From Chlamydiia bacterium (lineage in GTDB: Bacteria > Chlamydiota > Chlamydiia > Chlamydiales > GCA-2402025), in NCBI GenBank assembly GCA_030427725.1, contig JAUICV010000002.1:545226-609225 (forward strand): a stretch of 64,000 bases of DNA, in the 5' to 3' direction. The translations under genes and the position numbers were made by a program. Shown piece after piece: positions 45,866-56,016 of the stretch (within the stretch, counting starts at the first letter, position 1; the number at the start of each line of letters is the position of its first letter). The notes beneath the pieces are model-generated. The model searched no databases. It had not been told where the DNA came from and saw only the letters and a list, made by a program, of their open reading frames with translations.

Positions 45866-46117
45866 TTATTCAGCTGACTCGCCATTTTCTTCTAAAATTT
45901 CTAGATTAACGCGAACGCCGTTTCTAGATGCTACAGACATCAATAATGTTCTAATAGCGTTAATGGTTTTTCCCTTTTTCCCGATGATTTTACCAATGTC
46001 AGATTTCTCTACATTGAGTTCTATGATAAGGGTGTGAGTTCCTCCAACTTCGTTAATTTCAACTTTTTCTGGGTGGTCGACTAAGTTTTTAACGATGTAT
46101 TCAACGAATTCTTTCAT
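45866..46117 (-). CDS. KH-domain RNA-binding protein (YlqC/UPF0109 family)
   Basis: 83 aa. IGKIIGKKGKTINAIRTL is the KH GxxG loop context. Confidence 0.88.
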   Translation of the reverse strand: MKEFVEYIVKNLVDHPEKVEINEVGGTHTLIIELNVEKSDIGKIIGKKGKTINAIRTLLMSVASRNGVRVNLEILEENGESAE

Positions 46118-46462
46118 TTTCCGGTCCTTTTTGGCTACAGTTCCAAATCTGCTTTAGATAAACGCTTCTCGCTAAGGTAGTTTAAAGCTGTTAATCGAAT
46201 AAATCCAGAGTAATTTCCCTCTGAATATAACAACTATAAAGAGCCCTAGAAAGAGGCTGGCTTTTCCTTCAAATCTTAAATAGATTTTATACTCAATGAA
46301 GTAGAGTGTTTTGACTTAATAGTCAATTTATTTTTAGCCTTTTTAAAAAAAATACTCTAAGACCCAGAGGGTTGTACATCTAGCTCCTGCTCAGAGCTCC
46401 TAAAAACCCTCAAAAATAGGGCTTTTTGATCAAAATATTGAATTTAAAATAAAAATTATATT

Positions 46463-46493
46463 TTGCAACCCACTAAATCACAGAGAGTTGCAA
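46463..46493. promoter_or_regulatory. Inverted repeat TTGCAAC-N17-GTTGCAA in a 485-bp ORF-free region
   Basis: Read directly. Located about 110 nt upstream of the 46603 start. Confidence 0.25.
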
Positions 46494-46602
46494 TAATACC
46501 TCTTTTTTATATCTTTAAATTAAAATAATAATTTGCTAATATTGAAGTAAGGGAAAAATGGGCCTCATATAGAAAAGGTCTAGAAAGAAAGGTAAAAAGG
46601 TT

Positions 46603-47382
46603 ATGACACAGGCACAGGCTGCAAGTACCAAAATAACAATTTTTGGGATGCCAACGTTTGAAGAGCAAGTTAAGCAAAAGTCTAAACAAAGACAAATTGT
46701 AGAAGCTAAGCTTGATCGAGCAGAAGTTAAGAAAAAAGGATCCAAAGATAATTTCATTGGTCCAAAATATATGGAGTATGTTGAGAAAGCTTTGGTCAAA
46801 CAGATGAAGCAGAATAAAAAAATGACGAATTTTATTAAGCTTCAGAAGTACTACTCTGATCTAATGGCTGGATTATATAAGGCGATAGGATCTCTTTCTA
46901 ACTATGATGACTTGAAGCAGTTTTTACAAAAAAATAGCTTTTATCAAAAGGTTGGTTCTGTCGGAAGTGGTGATATCAGAAACTTTCTACAGTTTGCTAA
47001 AGATGAAATGAATCGATTTGAAAATTCACAGGCTTATAAACAAGATGAAGCTGATTATGCTCATGAACAAAAAGAAATAAATAAGTATGAAGAATGGATT
47101 CATTCACCTAGATCTACTGGAGCTAGAAGACATTATGCAAGAAAACATTTGGCAAAAGAGCGAAATAAGCAACAAAATACTGAAAATCAGATGCAGAACC
47201 TAAGAGGTGGAGAGGTTTCAATCCTTCAAGATGATGCAAACTCATTGAAAAATCACGCTTCTAGCAGTACAACGTTTGCTAAACAATTATCAAGTGATGA
47301 GAAAAGTATTGGTCAGGCTTTTTCCGGAATGGGAGACTTTTCGATTAACATTGCGCTAGGTTATGCAAATGACCTAGAATAA
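46603..47382 (+). CDS. Hypothetical protein (259 aa, charged and helical)
   Basis: RBS aaaggtaaaaaggttATG. No recognisable motif. Confidence 0.55.
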   Translation: MTQAQAASTKITIFGMPTFEEQVKQKSKQRQIVEAKLDRAEVKKKGSKDNFIGPKYMEYVEKALVKQMKQNKKMTNFIKLQKYYSDLMAGLYKAIGSLSNYDDLKQFLQKNSFYQKVGSVGSGDIRNFLQFAKDEMNRFENSQAYKQDEADYAHEQKEINKYEEWIHSPRSTGARRHYARKHLAKERNKQQNTENQMQNLRGGEVSILQDDANSLKNHASSSTTFAKQLSSDEKSIGQAFSGMGDFSINIALGYANDLE

Positions 47383-47451
47383 AAATTCATGGTTTTTTAG
47401 AGTAAACTCTCTAAATGTGGTCTTTTCAGGGTAGCTTGGGGAGACCTTTTT

Positions 47452-48348
47452 TTATGCCTGAAAGGTTTCCAGAAGTTTTTTAAATCTTAGATCCAAGGGG
47501 GCTTCGATCGTGATACACTCTCCTGTAAAAGGATGTGTAAATTCTAAGCTTTTGGCGTGAAGCATCAATCTGTCAAAATCAGGGTTTAATGAGCCGTAAA
47601 TAGGATCAGAGACAATAGGGCAGCGAATACTTTTTAAGTGCACTCTTATTTGGTGGGTTCTGCCAGTAATTGGCTTAGCTTCTACCAGACTATACTTTTC
47701 ATCGTAGCCTAAAACGTCAATTAGGGTCGTTGCAGCCTTTCCCTCGGAATTTATGACCATTTCCTTTCTTTTGGTATGATGTCTTGAAATAGGGCCTTCT
47801 ATGACTTTTACAAGAGGTCTGTTTTGGCATAATGCCACGTATGTTTTTTTTATTTGTCTATCAGCGAATAATTTGGTCATTTCAAGAAGCGCTTTTGGAG
47901 TCTTAGCGCATAAGATAACGCCGGATGTGTCTTTATCAAGGCGGTGGATTATCCCAGGTCTTAGTGGATTGTCAAAGTCACTCATAGGGCCTAAATATGA
48001 AATTAAAGCATTAACAAGTGTTTTGTCGTAATGACCTGGAGCTGGATGAACAACAAGTCCTGTAGGCTTGTTGATTGCTAAAAGGTGCTCATCTTCAAAT
48101 AAGACCTCGAGCTTAAGATCGTAAGGTTTTAGATCTAATGGTTTTGGTGTTTGAAAGTTAACCGAAATGAGATCGGACATTTGAACTAAAAAACGTTTTT
48201 TAGCGAGCTTGTTGTTTAATGTAACGAATCCGTCATCAACTAGCTTTTGGAAATAACTTCTTGAAAAAGAAGGAAATCTCTCAGATAGGTATTTATCTAG
48301 TCGAGTAGCCTCTACCAGATCTGCCTTAAACTCCTGCTCTTGCTCCAT
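47452..48348 (-). CDS. rluD: 23S rRNA pseudouridine synthase, RluA/RluD family
   Basis: 298 aa. N-terminal S4-like RLDKYLSE, catalytic HRLDKDTSG, and GRTHQIRVH. Confidence 0.92.
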   Translation of the reverse strand: MEQEQEFKADLVEATRLDKYLSERFPSFSRSYFQKLVDDGFVTLNNKLAKKRFLVQMSDLISVNFQTPKPLDLKPYDLKLEVLFEDEHLLAINKPTGLVVHPAPGHYDKTLVNALISYLGPMSDFDNPLRPGIIHRLDKDTSGVILCAKTPKALLEMTKLFADRQIKKTYVALCQNRPLVKVIEGPISRHHTKRKEMVINSEGKAATTLIDVLGYDEKYSLVEAKPITGRTHQIRVHLKSIRCPIVSDPIYGSLNPDFDRLMLHAKSLEFTHPFTGECITIEAPLDLRFKKLLETFQA

Positions 48349-48425
48349 AAATCTTTCTATAAAATGATTTGAAAGAAGCTAGGATAGCATAAGAGAGGAT
48401 TCAAATAGAGCTAAAAAAACTTTTA

Positions 48426-48725
48426 TCACTCGCCCTTTTCAGCTTTTTTCAAGTCTTCGCTAGCTTTTTTCATTCTAGCTTGCTCTTGTTTCATCTGAGT
48501 AGAGATAGACTTTAGCAGAGCCTGCATAAATCGCTTAAACTCATCTTTTGTCATGGGCATGTTTGGGAAGAATTTCTCTCCTGCCTCAAGTTGAGATCCT
48601 TGAGAGGAGTCGCTACTTGTTGGAGGGAACCCGGGGATGTTTGAAGGAGCGTTTGGGTCATTTCCATCAGGAGGAAAAGATGGAAATTGGTTGCTTGGAC
48701 CATCTGGTGGAATTGAATTTGACAT
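48426..48725 (-). CDS. Hypothetical Pro-rich small protein
   Basis: 99 aa. PPDG/PPTS-rich N-terminal half and a charged helix at the C-terminus. Confidence 0.45.
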   Translation of the reverse strand: MSNSIPPDGPSNQFPSFPPDGNDPNAPSNIPGFPPTSSDSSQGSQLEAGEKFFPNMPMTKDEFKRFMQALLKSISTQMKQEQARMKKASEDLKKAEKGE

Positions 48726-48798
48726 AAGTGAATCTCCTAGTATAGTAAAGACACGCCCTTAGGGGCCCTTACGGTTTATTATATCATAAAATTATTAT

Positions 48799-49443
48799 TT
48801 GTTAAAGAATTTTATCTTGTTGATTATGAGAGAATTAGGAATAAAGACTTATATAGACGCTCAAAAAAGGTCTTTAATTTTTTTAATTGGGGATAAAAGC
48901 TACGGTCCTTTCTATGCTCCTCTTTTTAAAAGAGATACAAAAGATCTTCTAAGGTATAAAGATCTTAGAGAATTTGAGGCGGCCCTTGGAAAGGTAGAGC
49001 TAAAAGTTTGTAAAAGCTATGCAATCTTTTTGCTTTCTAAAAGAAACTATAGCGAAAAAAAACTTCAGGAAAAATTAAGGCTTAGGTGGTTTTCAAATCC
49101 AACTGTTGAAAAGGTCATATCCTTATTAAAAGGATATGGTTACGTAAATGATGAAAAGCTGGCGAGTAGTAAGATTAAATTGTATTTAAGTAAGGGGTAT
49201 GGAAAAGCTCAAATCTTGCTTAAATTAAACGTTGAATTTGGATCTTTAGAGAACTTAGAACAGGTTTTTTCTGAGATCTATGAAGTGCATTTTGAAATGG
49301 ATTTTTTGGTTGCTAAAATAAGAAAACGGATAAAACAAATAACTTTCCAAGAAAAGAATAAGCAGTATCAATTTTTAAGAAGGAAAGGTCATAGTCATGA
49401 CCTAAGTCTTCAAGTGCTGGATCAGGTTTTTCAAAAAAACTAG
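48799..49443 (+). CDS. recX: RecX-like regulatory protein
   Basis: 214 aa. Repeated three-helix pattern (SEKKLQEKLRLRWFSNPTVEKVISLLKGYGYVNDEKLA..., KGYGKAQILLKL). The TTG start is uncertain, with ATG 48826 as the alternative. Confidence 0.6.
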   Translation: MLKNFILLIMRELGIKTYIDAQKRSLIFLIGDKSYGPFYAPLFKRDTKDLLRYKDLREFEAALGKVELKVCKSYAIFLLSKRNYSEKKLQEKLRLRWFSNPTVEKVISLLKGYGYVNDEKLASSKIKLYLSKGYGKAQILLKLNVEFGSLENLEQVFSEIYEVHFEMDFLVAKIRKRIKQITFQEKNKQYQFLRRKGHSHDLSLQVLDQVFQKN

Positions 49444-49499
49444 TATCAATTTCTTCAATTTTCTATAAGTTTTATAAAAAGGCTAAAAGGGTTTTCGGT

Positions 49500-50501
49500 A
49501 TGAAAATAGGTGTTATAGGAGTTTGTGAAGAGAACTGTCCTATCTACATAAGAGAAAAGCTTACGACAGCCTTTCAGAGGCTTTATGAGAAAGTTAAAGC
49601 TGAAGGATCGTTTGTTTTGCTTTCAACTTGTCGAAGAGCGGAGCTTTATTTTAGCACTGAGGATCTGACAAGAACCCATGTCGAAATTTTAGAAGAGTTA
49701 AGGTGTCATATGAAAGAGCCTTTTGAACAAGCTCTTTTTAGTCTTTTTGAATCCGAATGTCTTTTGCATCTTATGAGAGTTACATCTGGCCTAGAAAGTT
49801 CAATACTAGGAGAGAGTGAAATTCAAAAACAAGTCAAGCTTGCCTATGAAGTGGCTAAAAGCAAAGTAAAGTTAGCTCCAGAGATTCACTATAGCTTTCA
49901 AAAAAGTTTAAAACAGGGAAAAAATTTAAGGGCTTCCTTTGAGTTTTTTAAAAGACAAGACTCATTAGCCCATATCATTTTAATGCAGCTAAAGTTGTTT
50001 TCTAAAAAGAATTTTCAGGATCAGAAAGTTCTTTTTATAGGGAATTCTCAGATAAATAGAAGGATTTTACCGGTGTTTTTTGCCAAACAGTTTGAGCAAA
50101 TTTCACTTGCTACAAAAAAAATCGATGAGAGTCTCTATCAGTCGCAAAAAAATTTTAAGGTTCGATCATATGAAGCAATAGATGATTTAAGCTCTTACGA
50201 TGTTGTTGTGAGCGCTACAAGTGTCACAAACTATCTTATAGATAGAAAGCAAATTCCACAGGCAGAACTGGTCCTTTTCGATCTCAGTGTACCAAGAAGT
50301 ATTTGTCCCAAAGTCAAAAATGTAGCAACTTTAATGAACATGGAAGAGTTAGGAGCCCTTTTTCAGAAAAAAAGAAATCTTGTCCAAAATGAGCTGTTTT
50401 TATGTGAAAAAATCCTTTCAGCTCAAGTTCTTCGATACAAAACGCTTTTCAATCAAAAAAGCGAAAACAAAAAAAAGCATAGGCAGTTAAGTATAGCTTA
50501 A
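49500..50501 (+). CDS. hemA: Glutamyl-tRNA reductase (short chlamydial type)
   Basis: 333 aa. STCRRAELY catalytic-Cys motif and GESEIQKQVK. Confidence 0.8.
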   Translation: MKIGVIGVCEENCPIYIREKLTTAFQRLYEKVKAEGSFVLLSTCRRAELYFSTEDLTRTHVEILEELRCHMKEPFEQALFSLFESECLLHLMRVTSGLESSILGESEIQKQVKLAYEVAKSKVKLAPEIHYSFQKSLKQGKNLRASFEFFKRQDSLAHIILMQLKLFSKKNFQDQKVLFIGNSQINRRILPVFFAKQFEQISLATKKIDESLYQSQKNFKVRSYEAIDDLSSYDVVVSATSVTNYLIDRKQIPQAELVLFDLSVPRSICPKVKNVATLMNMEELGALFQKKRNLVQNELFLCEKILSAQVLRYKTLFNQKSENKKKHRQLSIA

Positions 50502-51898
50502 AATTCAGCTGTTTTTGGAGCCCTTGGAAAAGCTATCGCATCCCTAATATTTTCGATTCCTGTAACGAATTGGACGAGTCTTTCAAATCCAATCCCAAAT
50601 CCCGAATGGACAACGCTTCCATATTTTCTAAGGTCCATATACCAAGAGTAATTTTCAACAGGCATACCGGTCTGCTTGATTTTTTCTTCTAAAACATCAA
50701 GCCTTTCTTCTCTTTGAGATCCTCCGATTAGCTCTCCAATTCTAGGAACTAAAACATCCATAGCAGCAACTGTCTTGCCATCGTCATTATCTCTCATATA
50801 AAAAGCTTTGATCTCCTTTGGGTAGTCCGTAAGGACAACAGGCTTTTTAAAGACCTCTTCAGCGATATAGCGCTCATGTTCTGATTGGAGATCGCAACCC
50901 CACTTAACTTCATATTGGAAAGATTTTTTAGAGTTAAGAAGAAGGTCTATAGCCTTTGTGTAGCTTAGCCTTTCAAAAGAAGAGTCTTTTATTTTTTGTA
51001 ATCTATCGATTAGCCCTTTTTCAATGAATTTATCAAAGAATTCCAAATCCTCAGGACAGTTTTCCAAAATGTCATTTATTAGATATTTTAGATAGTCTTC
51101 TGCAAGATCTATGTTGTCGCTAAGGTCATTGAATGCAACCTCTGGCTCTATCATCCAAAACTCTGCAATATGTCTTGACGTATTTGAATTTTCTGCACGA
51201 AACGTTGGGCCAAAAGTGTAAGTTTTGGACAGTCCACAAGCATAGCTTTCAGCGTTTAGCTGACCTGAGACTGTCAAGTAAGTGGCTTTTCCAAAAAAGT
51301 CTTGTTTGAAGTCGATTTTATTATCATCAGTGGTTGGAATATTTGTTAGTGGGAGAGTTGTTACTTGGAAAAGCTCTCCGGCTCCTTCGCAATCTGATGC
51401 CGTGATGATAGGTGATTGAAGGTATAAAAAATTTCTTTCTTGTAGGTATCTATGCGCTGCAAAGCTTAGTCTTGAGCGAACCCTAGCAACAGACCCTTGA
51501 GTGTTTGTTCTAGGCCTAAGGTGTGCGATACTTCTTAAAAACTCAAAAGAATGGCGCTTTTTTTGGAGGGGGTAGTCTTCAGGGCAAGCTCCTAAAAGAG
51601 TCACATTAGTAGCTTTCATTTCGATGCTTTGGCCCTTTCCCGGGCTTTGAACTAGCTCTCCTTCGACACAAACAGAACACCCTGTATTAAGTTTTGAAAC
51701 AAGGTCCTGATAGTCTGTTAAAGAGTCGTCAATTACAACTTGGAAGGGATGAAAAACAGAGCCATCGTTTAATGCTAAAAACGAAAAAGTTTTTTGATGT
51801 CTTGCAGAGCGAATCCAACCACAAAGTTTTATGTTTTTTCCTAAAAGCTCTTCGGTGTTTTTTTGATAAAGCTCTTTGAGTAGTAGGTCTGGTTTCAT
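50498..51898 (-). CDS. asnS: Asparagine--tRNA ligase
   Basis: 466 aa. Class II motifs FRAENSNTSRHIAEFWMIEPE and GFGIGFERL. Confidence 0.95.
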   Translation of the reverse strand: MKPDLLLKELYQKNTEELLGKNIKLCGWIRSARHQKTFSFLALNDGSVFHPFQVVIDDSLTDYQDLVSKLNTGCSVCVEGELVQSPGKGQSIEMKATNVTLLGACPEDYPLQKKRHSFEFLRSIAHLRPRTNTQGSVARVRSRLSFAAHRYLQERNFLYLQSPIITASDCEGAGELFQVTTLPLTNIPTTDDNKIDFKQDFFGKATYLTVSGQLNAESYACGLSKTYTFGPTFRAENSNTSRHIAEFWMIEPEVAFNDLSDNIDLAEDYLKYLINDILENCPEDLEFFDKFIEKGLIDRLQKIKDSSFERLSYTKAIDLLLNSKKSFQYEVKWGCDLQSEHERYIAEEVFKKPVVLTDYPKEIKAFYMRDNDDGKTVAAMDVLVPRIGELIGGSQREERLDVLEEKIKQTGMPVENYSWYMDLRKYGSVVHSGFGIGFERLVQFVTGIENIRDAIAFPRAPKTAEF

Positions 51899-52776
51899 GA
51901 AAGGGCCTTTTCCTTCGTTGCTAAATCTTTCAATAGTGCGATCTCATCTTTCCACATGATTTCACCATTTGGAGTTTCCAGATATTTTGGAAGAGCTCTT
52001 ACCTTTGGGTCAGTCATCAGGTAATGAAAACAATCGAGGCCGATTTTACCATGGCCTAGGTTTGCATGGCGATCTTTTTTTAGTCCAAGATCGTGTTTTG
52101 AATCATTTAAGTGAAAAGCGTAGAGATGTTTTAGTCCAATTACATTTTCAAAGTCTAAGAGGGTTTTCTCCCAGGCTTCGAAAGATCTGATGTCGTATCC
52201 AGCTGCAAAAATATGGCAGGTGTCTATGCAAACTCCAATGGGAATATAGTTTTTAACTCTCTCTATAATGTAGTTGAGGTGTTCAAATTTGTGACCGATA
52301 GATGTCCCTTGGCCGGCAGTTGTTTCAAGGAGTAGCCGGGTGGGACCTTCACTACAAAGTTTTTCCAAACTTAGGAGGCTTTCTACAATCAAATCTAAAG
52401 ACTCTTCTAAAACTCCCGTTGTGTAGGCTCCGGGATGAAAATTTAGATAAGAAAGTTTTAGCTTATGACAACGTTTGAGCTCTCTTTCAAACGCTTCTTG
52501 GCTTTTTTGACGTAAATCTTCTTTGATGGATCCTAAGTTGATAAGATAGCTTCCATGGCTCATGATGTGAGAGTAGTCGTATCGCTTTTGAAATTCTAAA
52601 AATAAGTGAGCTTCTTCATCGCTAATTTCTTTTCCATGCCACTGTTTTTGGTTGCTGGTAAAGAATTGAAAAGTTGTTGCCTCAATGAGATTTGCTTTTA
52701 AGACTGCTTGAGAAACCCCTCCTGCTGCAGAGGTGTGAGCGCCGATTAAGAGTTTTTCTGGAGGAGTTTGATCCAT
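51895..52776 (-). CDS. nfo: Endonuclease IV
   Basis: The ORF track extends to 52890. The internal Met at 52776 (MDQTPPEKLLIGAHTSAAGG) gives a canonical N-terminus. HGSYLINL, FHPG, and HLNDS metal-site motifs. Confidence 0.9.
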   Translation of the reverse strand: MDQTPPEKLLIGAHTSAAGGVSQAVLKANLIEATTFQFFTSNQKQWHGKEISDEEAHLFLEFQKRYDYSHIMSHGSYLINLGSIKEDLRQKSQEAFERELKRCHKLKLSYLNFHPGAYTTGVLEESLDLIVESLLSLEKLCSEGPTRLLLETTAGQGTSIGHKFEHLNYIIERVKNYIPIGVCIDTCHIFAAGYDIRSFEAWEKTLLDFENVIGLKHLYAFHLNDSKHDLGLKKDRHANLGHGKIGLDCFHYLMTDPKVRALPKYLETPNGEIMWKDEIALLKDLATKEKALS

Positions 52777-52854
52777 ACATGCTACCTTTAAACTGAGAAG
52801 ATATATCAGGAAAAGTATACTGAATCTAAAGAGATTTGACAATAGGTGTAACAA

Positions 52855-54441
52855 TTGAATAAACCCGCAGAGCTTGCAAAAAACTATCATACCATTTTAT
52901 CACATACGAGATCTTTTTTTTCTGGAACCCTAATCAGTCGGTTTTCAGGGATGTTTAGGGATATTGTCTTAGCCATGCTTTTTGGAACGTCAGCTTTACT
53001 TTCAAATTTCATGGTAGCTTTTAGACTCTCAAATTTTTTTAGAAGAGTTCTAGCTGAATCTCCGCTGTCTGCAAGTTTTATTCCTACGCTTGAATCATTT
53101 AGAAAAGAATCTGAGAAAAAAGGAGCTTTGTATTTCAGGGATGCATTTATTTCTCTGTTTGTTCTTGGTGTAATAGTGACCTCTGCATCGCAGCTAGGCC
53201 TTAAATTTTTTGCTCACCATTTTTTTCAAAAGGAGATTTTATCGATTATCTCCTTAATCCAAATCATGTTTCCGTCCCTTATTTTTCTAATGCTTTATGG
53301 ACTTTGTTCCTCGTATCTTCAAAGTTTTGGAAAATTTTTTATAGGGGCTGTAGCTCCAACTCTATTTAATGTGGTTTGGATTGTATTTGCTTATTTTGCA
53401 AAAGATTTGAGAGATGAAAGTGCTATGCAAACGCTCTCTTGGGGTGTTTTATCTGCTTTTTGTATTCAGTTTTTTATTACAGCTCTTTTTGTCTTCCAGA
53501 AAGTAAAAATAAAGATTTCAAAACAAGAATTTATAAAATCACCTTACTCTAAAAACTCTATTAGTTCCTTTTTTAAACCATATTTTTTATCTATGACAGG
53601 CGTTGGAGCAACTCAGCTCAATACGTTTTTGGATAGTATTTTTTCGAAAATTGCGGATCAAAGTGGGCCTGCTTATCTTTGGTATGCTATCCGGCTTGAG
53701 CAAGTTCCTTTATCTCTTTTTGCTATAGCTTTAGCATCTGCATTATTGCCTCAGCTGTCTAGAGCTTTTCAAAGTGATCAAAAGGAGTTTAAAGCTCTTT
53801 TAAGTAAATCCTTAAGTAAAAATTTTATCCTCATGAGTTTTTGCTCAGTTGGATTAATTCTTTTTGGTTTTAGTGTTATTAGGCTGATTTTTTATAGAGG
53901 TGAGTTTGATCAGTCTTCCCTGCAAATGACATTAAGATGTTTGTGGGCCTATTCTTTAGGGCTTGTGTTCCAGGGTGGGGTTATCATTCTTTCTCAAGCG
54001 TTTTACGCATCTAAAGACTTCAAAACTCCTGCAAGAAGTGCAGCGTTAGCTGTTGTGTTGAATGTTATTTGTAATGCGTTATTGATCTTTTACTTTGAGT
54101 TTGGATCTGTGTCGATAGCTTTAGCTACAAGCTTAGCAAGTCTTGTTCAATTTATTTACCTAAAAGTAAAAATATCAAGACAGATGGCTATTTTCTATGG
54201 GAAAAATGCTGTTTATGGTTTTGTTTCTGTCATAGTGGCTGGAATTTTAGCGTTTTTTTCTATGATTGTATTGAACGATCCTACAGTAAAATTTATAAAA
54301 AGCGGCACTGTTCAAATCTTAAGTTTTTCTAACGTGGTCATGCGGACAATCTTTTCTGCTGGTCTTTTTGCAGCAGTTTTTTTAGCGCTAGCTTGGATGT
54401 TTCGGATCGAAGAGATAAAAGCTATTTTTAAACGGATATAA
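52855..54441 (+). CDS. murJ: Lipid II flippase MurJ/MviN
   Basis: 528 aa polytopic membrane protein. N-terminal SRFSGMFRDIVLAMLFG motif. Confidence 0.88.
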   Translation: MNKPAELAKNYHTILSHTRSFFSGTLISRFSGMFRDIVLAMLFGTSALLSNFMVAFRLSNFFRRVLAESPLSASFIPTLESFRKESEKKGALYFRDAFISLFVLGVIVTSASQLGLKFFAHHFFQKEILSIISLIQIMFPSLIFLMLYGLCSSYLQSFGKFFIGAVAPTLFNVVWIVFAYFAKDLRDESAMQTLSWGVLSAFCIQFFITALFVFQKVKIKISKQEFIKSPYSKNSISSFFKPYFLSMTGVGATQLNTFLDSIFSKIADQSGPAYLWYAIRLEQVPLSLFAIALASALLPQLSRAFQSDQKEFKALLSKSLSKNFILMSFCSVGLILFGFSVIRLIFYRGEFDQSSLQMTLRCLWAYSLGLVFQGGVIILSQAFYASKDFKTPARSAALAVVLNVICNALLIFYFEFGSVSIALATSLASLVQFIYLKVKISRQMAIFYGKNAVYGFVSVIVAGILAFFSMIVLNDPTVKFIKSGTVQILSFSNVVMRTIFSAGLFAAVFLALAWMFRIEEIKAIFKRI

Positions 54442-54501
54442 AAAAAGCCAAATCAGAGATCTGATTTGGCTTTTTAACTCGGTCAGTTAATGCTAAAAAG
54501 C

Positions 54502-55119
54502 TTAGCAAGTGTGAGCTAAAAATTCGCAAACTAGAGGAACGTTCACAGGTAATGGGAACGAAATTTGTTCTAGTTCAGGAAGGCTTTCTAACTTTCCTTC
54601 GCAAGATTTAGGGTCGAAAGAAACATACTCTGGAGCTTCTTTTTGAGCTGCAAGTGTTTCTTTGATTAAACGATTGTTTTTTGACTTCTCGCTTAGAGAA
54701 ATAACCATCCCAGGTTTTACTTGGAAAGAACGTACATCAACTTTTTTCCCATCAACACGGATATGTCCGTGTGAGATTAATTGCTGAGCATGGAAAATTG
54801 TTGCAGCAACTCCAAAACGGAAAACAACAGAATCTAAACGGCACTCTAACAACTCAATAAGATTTTGAGGAGTCATACCAGATTTTTTTGTTGCTTTCTT
54901 GTAATAGTTAATAAGCTGCTTTTGGCTTAACATTCCATAAATAGCCCTTAGCTTTTGCTTCTCTTCTAGCTGAAGACCATAGTCAGACTTTTTTCTTCTT
55001 CTTGCACCATGCATTCCAGGTGGATTCGGTTTATGAAGAAGAGGGTTTCTTCGGCGGCCAAAAATGTTCATCCCGAAACGACGAGCGATTCTATTTTTTG
55101 GTCCTGTATAGCGTGCCAT
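54502..55119 (-). CDS. rpsD: 30S ribosomal protein S4
   Basis: 205 aa. MARYTGPKNRIARRFG and an S4 domain (RLDSVVFR). Confidence 0.97.
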   Translation of the reverse strand: MARYTGPKNRIARRFGMNIFGRRRNPLLHKPNPPGMHGARRRKKSDYGLQLEEKQKLRAIYGMLSQKQLINYYKKATKKSGMTPQNLIELLECRLDSVVFRFGVAATIFHAQQLISHGHIRVDGKKVDVRSFQVKPGMVISLSEKSKNNRLIKETLAAQKEAPEYVSFDPKSCEGKLESLPELEQISFPLPVNVPLVCEFLAHTC

Positions 55120-55414
55120 GAATATCTACCTCTTAGATTTAAAAATCAGTTTTTTTAGCGCTCATGCTAGAGCATATTTCAATTAAAAACAATAGCTATA
55201 TCCTAGGGCTCTTAACCAAAGATTTAACTATCAGCTGCACTATGAGAGGACTAGCTATCATAGCAAAATGTTAACTTTTAAGTCACTTACTTTAAGAGAG
55301 ATGATTAAAAAAAATATTTAACAAGTTGGATTAGTAGATATTTTGTGATAAAATGGGTCCTGGAGGGGTCTGTGAGTTAGGTATAATGCCTGAAAACTAC
55401 GGATCAAAAGGTAG

Positions 55415-55939
55415 ATGGAGATAGATCCAGTTTTAAAAGCTTCAAGAGTGGCGTTATCATCAGAGCTAACAAGTTATGCTCTAAGATTGAAAAGTCAGCT
55501 AGAAAGCTCTAATAAAATGACGCATTCAGAGTACATGCGTATTCACAAATTGGCACTTAACTTGATTGCTCAAAAAAAAATGTTGTCTAGTAAATCCAAA
55601 GCCTTAGAAAGTCCGGAACTAGCTAAAAATGATAAGATTTTTTTAGAAGCAATTTTAGCAATTAGAACAAGGCTTAAATATCTTAATCCAAAGACTCATC
55701 TAAAGGCTTCTATAGACCTTCATAAAAAAAAGATTACATACCACAAGAAAACAGCAAAGAAGCTGCGGAGGAAATTGAGGCGGGTTTCAATTGCAGTTTT
55801 CACCGCTAAGAATCTTAAAAAAGCTAAAAAGAGTGAGCTTGTAAGGGAAATAAACGCTCATCAATTAGAGCTTTCAAAAACTGAGCTGAAGTTAAGTGCT
55901 TTAACCAAACAGCTTCCTCGTATAAATGAACTTTTTTAG
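55415..55939 (+). CDS. Hypothetical basic coiled-coil protein
   Basis: 174 aa, K/R-rich (HKKKITYHKKTAKKLRRKLRR). No recognisable motif. Confidence 0.5.
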   Translation: MEIDPVLKASRVALSSELTSYALRLKSQLESSNKMTHSEYMRIHKLALNLIAQKKMLSSKSKALESPELAKNDKIFLEAILAIRTRLKYLNPKTHLKASIDLHKKKITYHKKTAKKLRRKLRRVSIAVFTAKNLKKAKKSELVREINAHQLELSKTELKLSALTKQLPRINELF

Positions 55940-56016
55940 ATCAAAGCTTCATTGACGAAATACTAAGATCAGAAGTATCCTTTCTAACAAAAAAGTTTAA
56001 AATTGAGGATACTTTT

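Noticed and set aside
46507-46799. Minus-strand ORFs of 62 and 87 aa
   Set aside because: They lie antisense to the 5' end of the 46603 gene and have hydrophobic, Cys-rich AT-driven composition. There is no RBS and no conservation argument.
50498-50501. Overlapping convergent stop codons (also at 23275..23278 and 59532..59535)
   Set aside because: This reflects compact genome packing (TTAA/CTAG shared stops) and is not evidence of a special mechanism.
52777-52890. 38-residue hydrophobic N-terminal extension of the nfo ORF
   Set aside because: The canonical endonuclease IV N-terminus begins at the internal Met (52776). The extension overlaps the divergent murJ start and promoter region.
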